From Candidatus Omnitrophota bacterium (lineage in GTDB: Bacteria > Omnitrophota > Gorgyraeia > Duberdicusellales > 4484-171), in contig JAMXCX010000002.1 in the NCBI GenBank assembly GCA_024542985.1, positions 1-63,979 on the forward strand: a stretch of DNA of 63,979 nucleotides, written 5' to 3'. Within the stretch, counting starts at the first letter, position 1. Each line of letters begins with the position of its first letter. A program made the translations under genes and the position numbers. Below, piece after piece: positions 57,324 through 63,979 of the stretch. The notes under the pieces are model-generated. The model ran no database searches. It saw only the letters and a program-made list of their open reading frames with translations, and was not told the origin of the DNA.

Positions 57324-57401
57324 TCACTTTTTTTTGGTCTTAGACTTACATCCTGACTTCGTTTTTTTCTTAGGTTTACAACTGCTACGTCCACAGGCCA
57401 T
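57324..57401 (-). CDS. candidate 25-aa Lys/Cys-rich micropeptide (MACGRSSCKPKKKTKSGCKSKTKKK)
   Basis: Below the ORF-track size cutoff. ATG at 57401 follows aaagggaggtg with about 5-nt spacing, 23 nt after the upstream stop. Two hairpins and a strong terminator follow. Confidence 0.4.
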   Translation of the reverse strand: MACGRSSCKPKKKTKSGCKSKTKKK

Positions 57402-57424
57402 AATACACCTCCCTTTTGCTGAAT

Positions 57425-58105
57425 TTAATATTTACTGGGAATGCTCTCCCCCCTTAATATTCCTGGTAAGGCTCGAGCATCAATTCTTATACCGCCATCA
57501 TGCTCAATTTTAATTGTATAAATTGTTCCCGGAATAAACATCGTCCCGGGCGCTTCTATTTGGGCATTTTTTATACCTAGTTTTTTTGCTTGGTCAGGGT
57601 TTAAAGCCTCTTGCCAAAAATTCTCCCATAATTTTCGTTCAAATACACTGCTTAAATTGCCTATCCTGTAGCCTGAAGGAACTTCCTTTATTTTTGTAAT
57701 TTCATACTCCTGAGTATTCTCGCCATCTAGAAGAAATACTTTCCAAAAAAGATAGATACTCCTTCCCTTCAGCTTGTCTTTATTTTTTACATGGAGATCA
57801 TCAAAACGTATCACTAAAGACTGAAACTGTATAATGTTTCCGGCAAAAGTAAAATATTTTGGTTCCATGGCCCTGCCGTCTATATCATACTCCAGGAATT
57901 TAATTGTGGTAAGATTTTTCTGGGTTTCTTCGTCAAATTCAACCTTGCTAACAAGCACTTCGGCGATACGCGAATCTGCTTGCAGTCTTGAAATAACCTG
58001 CTTTAACACTCTATTTTCGTCAATATACTTTGCCAGAAACTCATAGGCATAAAATGCCGCTATGCAAACTACTACAACTAAAAATATATTAATAATCTTT
58101 TTCAT
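57425..58105 (-). CDS. hypothetical membrane-anchored protein
   Basis: 226-aa ORF with an N-terminal TM helix (IINIFLVVVVCIAAFYAY). No recognised motif. Confidence 0.55.
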   Translation of the reverse strand: MKKIINIFLVVVVCIAAFYAYEFLAKYIDENRVLKQVISRLQADSRIAEVLVSKVEFDEETQKNLTTIKFLEYDIDGRAMEPKYFTFAGNIIQFQSLVIRFDDLHVKNKDKLKGRSIYLFWKVFLLDGENTQEYEITKIKEVPSGYRIGNLSSVFERKLWENFWQEALNPDQAKKLGIKNAQIEAPGTMFIPGTIYTIKIEHDGGIRIDARALPGILRGESIPSKY

Positions 58106-58229
58106 AGTTAAAACCTTATTATTTTACCATACATACTTATTTATTATACTACAGAATTGGAATTCTGGCGTGTGTATTTAAAAAACTGGCCGGTAGAAAA
58201 AACGAGAAGGAAAAAACTAATATTAAAAC

Positions 58230-58988
58230 TTATCTTCGACCTCTCTGGGGACCCTTATTGCCGCCTTGTTTGGGAAAATCTCTTCTGGGCCCTTGTCGAT
58301 ATTTTCTTCCTTGCCCCCGCATGAAACCTTGTTCTTTTACTCTTCCTACTCCTTTACCATGGTCTCTTACTCCTCGAGATTCTCCTCTATGCAAACCCCT
58401 ATCATGGCCTGAATGAGGACCTCTTCCTTGACCCGGGCGACGATATTCTATCCTCTTCGGAGGGAATCCTTCCTTATGAAGCCTATCTTTTATATATTCT
58501 CTTCTTTCTCTCATATCATGCGGCTTTTCTTTAAGATCTCTATATCCATCATCCAAATACTCTTTATGCTCTCTGTAATCTTGCCTTCTTTCTTCCCTAG
58601 CCTCTCTTCGCTCTCTTAAATCCTGATGTTCTTGGTGTAAATAATCTCTTTTATCTCTCTGATACTCTCTATAATCAGACATATGATCTCCCTTATGATA
58701 CCTTCTTTCTCTAAAATCACCCTTAGGCTTATCCATTTTCTGTTCTCTTAACTGGTGTAATTGCTCAGCCTTGGACTTATGACGAAACCCTTGTGCCCCT
58801 GAAATAGGATGACGCTGCCTGTCTCCTTTTTTATCTTGAATCTTCATCCCTTGGTTGGAATACTTTCTTGCTTTGTACACTGACTGGTTACCCCTCGCCG
58901 GACCACCTCTGGGCCGGGCTAAAACTTTGCTGCAAAAACCGAAAGTAAAAAATATTATACCTATGATTAAGACCGTTTTTCTTAGCAT
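58230..58988 (-). CDS. secreted highly charged low-complexity protein (Arg/Glu/Asp/Lys/His/Tyr-rich)
   Basis: Signal peptide (VLIIGIIFFTFGFCSKVLA). The rest is a tract of RERRE / DYRE / GRG-type segments with almost no hydrophobic residues. Confidence 0.55.
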   Translation of the reverse strand: MLRKTVLIIGIIFFTFGFCSKVLARPRGGPARGNQSVYKARKYSNQGMKIQDKKGDRQRHPISGAQGFRHKSKAEQLHQLREQKMDKPKGDFRERRYHKGDHMSDYREYQRDKRDYLHQEHQDLRERREAREERRQDYREHKEYLDDGYRDLKEKPHDMRERREYIKDRLHKEGFPPKRIEYRRPGQGRGPHSGHDRGLHRGESRGVRDHGKGVGRVKEQGFMRGQGRKYRQGPRRDFPKQGGNKGPQRGRR

Positions 58989-59243
58989 TTTGTCACTCCT
59001 TTTTCTACTTTTAGAGCTTCAATTATATACATTTTTTATACCCACAATTAAAAATATAACACATTTATGCATCAAAAACCAATCAACCTGCAACGAGATA
59101 TAAGCTAAAAAACCCAATAAATAAAGGGATTTTGATGATTTTTAGGATTTAAACACGGCAAGATAGACAAAAAAGAATGTGATCGTTTTTATCAACAACC
59201 CAACAGGCTTAATGACTGTATACTGCACCTTTTGAAAAGTTGA

Positions 59244-59272
59244 TTGACAAAAAATAAGCCTTGTGCTTCAAT
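59244..59272 (+). promoter_or_regulatory. candidate extended -10 promoter of the Cys-rich protein gene
   Basis: TTGACA (59244-59249), 17 nt ending in TGc, then TTCAAT (59267-59272). The ATG at 59280 is 7 nt downstream and has no SD. Confidence 0.45.
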
Positions 59273-59279
59273 AATAACA

Positions 59280-59606
59280 ATGAATTCTAACCAGTATTTA
59301 TTTATAATAATATTACTCAGCGCGGCAATTCTTATCACTCCTTTGACTGTATTTGCTTCTGATTGTAAAGATAGTTGTAAACAATCAACAAGCTGCAACG
59401 AATACATTACCTGCCAGGTAGCAGAAACAGAATGTATAACTGCCTGCGTTCAAGCAGAAGCCTTCGAGAAGCTTGCGGAATCCTCAGAAAGAACCTCTGC
59501 AGCCCAAATAAAAGCTTTGGAGCAATTCACAGAAACGCTACAAAGAGTGACAGAATCTTTTAGCAAATTTGTGGAACAATTACAGCAAACTAAAGAAGAC
59601 TATTAA
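59280..59606 (+). CDS. small secreted Cys-rich protein
   Basis: Start moved to the ATG at 59280. Signal peptide YLFIIILLSAAILITPLTVFA. Six Cys within 30 residues (SDCKDSCKQSTSCNEYITCQVAETECITAC), then an amphipathic helix. Confidence 0.55.
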   Translation: MNSNQYLFIIILLSAAILITPLTVFASDCKDSCKQSTSCNEYITCQVAETECITACVQAEAFEKLAESSERTSAAQIKALEQFTETLQRVTESFSKFVEQLQQTKEDY

Positions 59607-59653
59607 AACATCCTAAAATATCTATTGTTTCTTAAACTACGGTAGGTCTTTCT

Positions 59654-61474
59654 CTAGCCCGGTAAAACGAAATGAAAAGTTGAACCTTTGGCGGCCTGTG
59701 AATCTACCCAAATTTTGCCTTTATGCTTTTCGATAATCTCCCTACAAACTGCAAGGCCAAGACCGGTCCCTCTTAGGCCTTTAAAATTCGGATGATAGAT
59801 ATGCTCAAAGGAAAGGAAAATTCTTTGTATGTCTTTTTTCCCAATGCCGATACCGGTATCAACGACACTAACACTCACACCTTTTTTATCCAGTTGTGTT
59901 GTAATAGTGATTGTGCCCTTTTCGGTAAAATTAATCGCATTAGATATCAGATTTATCAATACCTGGGCAATTCTGTCTCTGTCAAATTGTATTCGCGGCA
60001 GCTTCTTGGATAACTCTAGCTTGAAGGTAAGCCCTTTTCCTTCTACTAGAGGCTTCATCTCCTGGTGAACCTCTTTAACCACTTCATTGATATCGCATTC
60101 CTCCATGACAAATCCCGCCGTATCTGCCTCAAGTTTCCTAAAATCTAAAAAATTGTTGATTAAATGAGTTACTTTATCAAGATTTCTTTGAGCTATGCCG
60201 AGAATATGTTTTTGCTTATCGGTGATTACGCCCACTTTACCGTCTAAAATCAAATAAATACCTGTGTATATGGCGGCCATGCGTGTTCTTAAATCATAGG
60301 ATACCATCGAGGTCAACTTAGCTTTCATGTCTATAACTTCCTTTTCTTTTTCCTCTGCCCGTTTATGCGCCGTAATATCCTGGGCGCTGCAAATTATATA
60401 GCTAGTATTACCCTGCCCATCTTTCATCACCGAAGCGCTGAGGAGAACAGGAATATCGACATTGTCTTTTGTGCGGCAATACATTTCGTAATTTATTATT
60501 TTACCCTCCTTGATACGCCGCTCCAGCGCTGCTCCGTTAAGGAATGGGTCTCTGGTTAAAAAGATTTTTGTAATCGGCTCACCTATAAACTCATATTCCA
60601 CGCAACCCAGCAGGTCACAGACCGCTTTATTTACTTTATTTACTATTAAATATTGGTCAACGACAACCAACATGTCAGCCATACTGTGAATAATACTATC
60701 GAGGTAATCTCTGGAAACGGTTTTTCTTCGAAGCTCTTCTGCCATCGTATTAAAAGAATCCGCCAATTGGCCGATTTCATCATTAGATGATATATCGATA
60801 CGCGTCTCGAAATTTACTGCTGCAATATCTTGGGTTCCTTTACGAAGTTTGGATAAATTCCGGGTAATTGCTCTCGTCAAAAAGAAAGCCACAAGAGAAC
60901 CAAAAAGAACAATAGAAATTTCTAATATCAGAAAAATTTTTAAAATCTTGTTGACGATTGCTTTCTCTTCGGTTACGATTTTCAATGAGCGTCTCAAATT
61001 CTGCCGCTGAAATATTTTCTGAGCCACTTCAAACTTATCAAACAGCTTACTTACGGTAAGTATTTGAAGATTTATCTTATAGGCTGAATCCCGCTTATCC
61101 ATGTCACTAATCAAAGTGCTCGCCGCCCGGTTTATCTGTCCGGCAAGATTTAAAATTCCCCGTAGATGTTGCGAATCTTTTGCCTGAATAGCTTCGTTAA
61201 CGGTTTGATTGAACTGCTCTACCATGGCAAGAATTTCTTCCCGGGTTTCTTCGCTTGTTACCACAAGATATAGTTCAATTTTACTCTCTAGACGCTTAAC
61301 CCTTTCGTTATACTTCTGTGAAGTCTCCATTTCTCTCTCAAGAGGAAGGACCATAGAAGATAAAATATCTATCTTAGCCAGGTAAGGATAGCTGATAAGC
61401 AAAAATGCCACAGAGAGAAGAATAATTGCCCAAAACCCGTAAAAAATCTTCTGACCAATAGACAGCCTAATCAT
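59654..61474 (-). CDS. HAMP/PAS sensor histidine kinase
   Basis: Two TM segments flank a helical sensor region, followed by HAMP and PAS. N-box LINLISNAINFT, G-boxes DTGIGI and GTGLGLAV. Confidence 0.9.
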   Translation of the reverse strand: MIRLSIGQKIFYGFWAIILLSVAFLLISYPYLAKIDILSSMVLPLEREMETSQKYNERVKRLESKIELYLVVTSEETREEILAMVEQFNQTVNEAIQAKDSQHLRGILNLAGQINRAASTLISDMDKRDSAYKINLQILTVSKLFDKFEVAQKIFQRQNLRRSLKIVTEEKAIVNKILKIFLILEISIVLFGSLVAFFLTRAITRNLSKLRKGTQDIAAVNFETRIDISSNDEIGQLADSFNTMAEELRRKTVSRDYLDSIIHSMADMLVVVDQYLIVNKVNKAVCDLLGCVEYEFIGEPITKIFLTRDPFLNGAALERRIKEGKIINYEMYCRTKDNVDIPVLLSASVMKDGQGNTSYIICSAQDITAHKRAEEKEKEVIDMKAKLTSMVSYDLRTRMAAIYTGIYLILDGKVGVITDKQKHILGIAQRNLDKVTHLINNFLDFRKLEADTAGFVMEECDINEVVKEVHQEMKPLVEGKGLTFKLELSKKLPRIQFDRDRIAQVLINLISNAINFTEKGTITITTQLDKKGVSVSVVDTGIGIGKKDIQRIFLSFEHIYHPNFKGLRGTGLGLAVCREIIEKHKGKIWVDSQAAKGSTFHFVLPG

Positions 61475-61477
61475 ATC

Positions 61478-62461
61478 TTAGTATTCAACACCTATTATCT
61501 CTTTTGCGTTCTTTAGCATTGAGAGAGTAAATATAATATCTAACTTTCCGGCAATCTTTATATTCAAGAATAAATCCCCCTTCTTGTTGGTAACAAGGGG
61601 AATCTCTGAAGGTTTCTCTCCCTTAAGAATCCTCAAGGCCGCTGCGGCAGCATACTCGCCCTGTTCTTGAGGAACCTTTGTTAATCCGATCAAAGAATGA
61701 GAAGCTAAAGTCACCGATTCTGTCCCTATAGGTATTCGGATATTTTCTAAAACAAACTTTTCGGCTTCCTTTGCATTCCAATTTTTAATTCCGGCCGCGG
61801 TGTCAAGAATAAGCATATCAACTTTATCCTGGGCCTCAAGATACTTTTTCTTCCAGGATTTAAAATCCCGCACGTGCTCTTTAAAAACAAGTTTATCTTT
61901 CATCTGTTTCGAAAAATAATCAGCGTTCTTATATGAGCTCAACACATCAACTCCAATAAACCCTACCCGGTCGCCTTGCGCGAATCTTTTTAAATGTTTA
62001 TGAATACCCTCATAGAGGCCAACTTCTATCATACCGGTTGTATTGCTATAAGGAGCGTCATAGACTGATATATCCCAGTTAAGACCGCAAAATACAACCG
62101 GCAAATCAGCATCACGGTAATAGGGCATAATCACATATTTAAAGGCATTATCATCGGCGGCAATTACCACATCCGGTTTAAACTTTTCAATAATTTTTTT
62201 TACTTTGAGCCCGGCTTTCCGTTTAAACTTTTCACCGGGATTATTCTTAGTATCCATGTATACGACTTTTAATTCTACGCCTGAACCAGCCAAAACTCTC
62301 TCGACGCCGGCTTGTTCGCCGTCACTCCAATAATACTCTTTGTGATAGGAATTAATAAATAGAATCTTCTTACCTCGGTAATCAAAAGCCCTACTATTAA
62401 CTAGACCCGGAACTAGCAGAAAAAAGCTTAAAAATCCCAACAAAAAAACTTTTTTTCCCAT
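61478..62461 (-). CDS. periplasmic ABC-type substrate-binding-like protein (kinase-associated)
   Basis: Signal peptide. KKILFINSYH...PDVVIAADDNA pattern resembles the ABC_sub_bind family. The stop is 3 nt before the kinase start. Confidence 0.7.
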   Translation of the reverse strand: MGKKVFLLGFLSFFLLVPGLVNSRAFDYRGKKILFINSYHKEYYWSDGEQAGVERVLAGSGVELKVVYMDTKNNPGEKFKRKAGLKVKKIIEKFKPDVVIAADDNAFKYVIMPYYRDADLPVVFCGLNWDISVYDAPYSNTTGMIEVGLYEGIHKHLKRFAQGDRVGFIGVDVLSSYKNADYFSKQMKDKLVFKEHVRDFKSWKKKYLEAQDKVDMLILDTAAGIKNWNAKEAEKFVLENIRIPIGTESVTLASHSLIGLTKVPQEQGEYAAAAALRILKGEKPSEIPLVTNKKGDLFLNIKIAGKLDIIFTLSMLKNAKEIIGVEY

Positions 62462-62483
62462 TTATTTTCTTACCTTTTCCCTT

Positions 62484-62783
62484 CTATGATTTTTTAGTTT
62501 TAGGGTCGTTAGTTTTCTTTTTTTCTTCTTCTTTCTTTTTCTGTATTGCTTCTTCAACTTTCAACTGCATTTCTCCTGTTAACCCTGCTTGTCCTTCATC
62601 AACTGAATCTAGTTTCCGCTTTTTTAACGAAGAAAGATACCAAACGAAAGCCAGCACAACTACAGGAATAATCAATATAGCTAACATATTTCTTATTATA
62701 ATACTACCGCGTTTATTTTGAAACAAAAAATGCAGATATTTAGGGCCTGGTTTTATGACTCTAGCTGTCTTGGCTCTGGACAA
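62484..62783 (-). CDS. small membrane protein with a Lys/Glu-rich tail
   Basis: ORF with one TM helix (MLAILIIPVVVLAFVWYL). Start uncertain: TTG at 62783 or ATG at 62687. No clear SD. Confidence 0.4.
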   Translation of the reverse strand: MSRAKTARVIKPGPKYLHFLFQNKRGSIIIRNMLAILIIPVVVLAFVWYLSSLKKRKLDSVDEGQAGLTGEMQLKVEEAIQKKKEEEKKKTNDPKTKKS

Positions 62784-62910
62784 TAGCCCGGCCGTATAGC
62801 CTAAGACAAAAACTTCCTGTTTAGCTTAAATGAAAATTTTTGCAAAATTTTATCAATATATGTAGACTTTTTCCCCAAAACAATCGTCTAATAGTTAAAG
62901 GAGGTGGAAT

Positions 62911-63171
62911 ATGAAAAAGCATTTGGCAATTTCCGGCATCATTGCGCTGGCTATTTTTTCTTTTAGCTTTAGCGCCGGGGCTTCTGCAAACCCCTACTGG
63001 ACCAGAAAAAGTAAGGTAGTTGTTTATAGCCCTCGTCACCACAGAAGGCATGTCCAGGTTTCTAGACATTGGGAAGAGAGCTGTGGGCTTCAACAATACG
63101 TACGGATTCCAGAGTATCGGAAACACAGAAAAAAACATAGGCCGAGTATCCGGTTATTCTGGCATTGGTAG
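62911..63171 (+). CDS. small secreted basic His/Arg/Trp/Tyr-rich protein, paralogue 1
   Basis: Strong SD aaaggaggtgga, signal peptide, then NPYWTR...HHRRH...YVRIP. A paralogue with conserved 5' region lies at 63778. Confidence 0.6.
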   Translation: MKKHLAISGIIALAIFSFSFSAGASANPYWTRKSKVVVYSPRHHRRHVQVSRHWEESCGLQQYVRIPEYRKHRKKHRPSIRLFWHW

Positions 63172-63217
63172 GAATTAACCAATTTTAATTACTGCAGGCT
63201 GAGTAGTATTTTCTTCA

Positions 63218-63244
63218 AAAATCAAGAGAGCCTGGGCCTTGATT
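63218..63244. terminator. hairpin between convergent genes (possible bidirectional terminator)
   Basis: aaatcaag-agagcctgggc-cttgattt, with A/T runs on both sides. Lies between 62911..63171(+) and 63272..63619(-). Confidence 0.45.
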
Positions 63245-63271
63245 TACATTTTCTTGTTCGCCGCTAACAGT

Positions 63272-63619
63272 TTATTGGGCTGGGTCAAATTCTGTCGGGT
63301 CCAAATCTGCTTCTCCTTCCTCGAAGGGATTAGTAGCAGTCTTATCCCAGTCCTGCTCATCTGCCTTAACTTCAGAACCTATCTTTCCGACTGAACTCAC
63401 ACTTTCGGCTAAACTTGCGCTGGTTTTATCAATAGTCTGTGACTCGTTTAAGCTTGTTTCTGAATGCGATCCCTTATCCTTGGTGGACTTATCCACAGGA
63501 TTTGGCTGAGATTCTTCCGATTGCGAATATGCCGCATCAACCAGAAAAAAATCAAGGCAAACCACTGTAGTTGCAAAAATACCTACGAGAAAAAATAAAA
63601 ATAGAGCTTTTGTCCTCAT
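63272..63619 (-). CDS. small secreted acidic Ser/Glu/Asp-rich protein
   Basis: SD aaaggaggggg, signal/anchor helix, then an acidic low-complexity tail. Confidence 0.55.
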   Translation of the reverse strand: MRTKALFLFFLVGIFATTVVCLDFFLVDAAYSQSEESQPNPVDKSTKDKGSHSETSLNESQTIDKTSASLAESVSSVGKIGSEVKADEQDWDKTATNPFEEGEADLDPTEFDPAQ

Positions 63620-63777
63620 ACCCCCTCCTTTATTTTGTATACACGACTTCGTGTATATTAAGGAATAATACTACTTTAGCAAAAATTGTCAAACTATAAA
63701 ATAAGCTCAAAAAATCGCTTAATATATGTCAACTATTTTATAAAAAGCATCATCTAATAGTTAAAAGGAGGTGGAAA

Positions 63778-63979
63778 ATGAAAAAGCATCTAGTTATCTT
63801 AAACATTATTGCATTGCTTGTCCTATCTTTTAGCTTTAGCAGCACAAGTTGGGCAAAACCATACCACACTAGGTATAACAAAGCATATACTCACAGGCAC
63901 CGCCACCACAAACACCATACCTATACCCGGGGATATTGGACTTGGGACCGTAGACTCAGAGAGTATGTCTGGATTTCAG
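63778..63979 (+). CDS. small secreted basic His/Arg/Trp/Tyr-rich protein, paralogue 2 (runs off window end)
   Basis: My translation: MKKHLVILNIIALLVLSFSFSSTSWAKPYHTRYNKAYTHRHRHHKHHTYTRGYWTWDRRLREYVWIS. Same SD and upstream block as 62911. Confidence 0.55.
   Translation, partial: MKKHLVILNIIALLVLSFSFSSTSWAKPYHTRYNKAYTHRHRHHKHHTYTRGYWTWDRRLREYVWIS

Noticed and set aside
57316-57513. 65-aa plus-strand ORF from the track.
   Set aside because: It overlaps the 3' end of the minus-strand 57425..58105 gene and the micropeptide ORF. It starts with GTG, has no SD, and has shadow-ORF composition.
59192-59407. 71-aa minus-strand ORF antisense to the Cys-rich protein gene.
   Set aside because: It has no SD and no signal peptide or motif. 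The plus-strand ORF has a promoter-like element, a signal peptide and an ordered Cys pattern.
62821-63138. 105-aa minus-strand ORF overlapping the small basic protein gene.
   Set aside because: The plus-strand ORF has a strong SD, a signal peptide and a paralogue with the same upstream block. The minus ORF has none of these.

Overview
This is an AT-rich bacterial chromosomal segment with about 68 protein-coding genes. All are on the minus strand except comF-lptF-lptG and three small genes near the 3' end. Lpt, Lol, Mla and secretin genes point to a diderm. The McsA/McsB/ClpC set and the overall gene complement suggest an uncultivated low-GC lineage, but that is inference only.

Most of the window is core housekeeping:
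- six aminoacyl-tRNA synthetases (metG, cysS, lysS, trpS, proS and others)
- the rimP-nusA-infB block
- the uppS-cdsA-dxr-rseP-ispG block, plus ispD and ispF
- tsaB/tsaE/thiL, radA, and clpC-mcsB-mcsA

Accessory-looking parts are:
1. A secretin operon at 3.1-8.0 kb (MerR-like, ExeA-like ATPase, GspC/PilP-like, secretin, coiled-coil/TPR). The window holds no pilin, platform or cognate ATPase gene for it.
2. A four-helix-bundle (23S rRNA IVS / Avd-like) gene at 42.8-43.2 kb.
3. An orphan cpaF inserted between ispG and proS.
4. A 55-64 kb stretch rich in small secreted, highly charged or Cys-rich proteins, plus a sensor-kinase pair.

The most unusual signal is not a gene. It is a dispersed, modular family of degenerate heptanucleotide arrays (NNNCTTA / AGCTTAY and their complement). 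These arrays occupy at least nine intergenic junctions in both orientations and usually touch a stop codon. One locus holds a 37-bp unit repeated 3.4 times. Another pair brackets the four-helix-bundle gene as inverted arrays.

Other observations:
- an unannotated 25-codon Lys/Cys-rich ORF with a strong SD
- several probably leaderless operon heads
- a ProRS whose editing (INS) domain is replaced by a CxxC-CxxC knuckle
- several structured intergenic elements

I found no rRNA, tRNA, CRISPR array, transposase or integrase.
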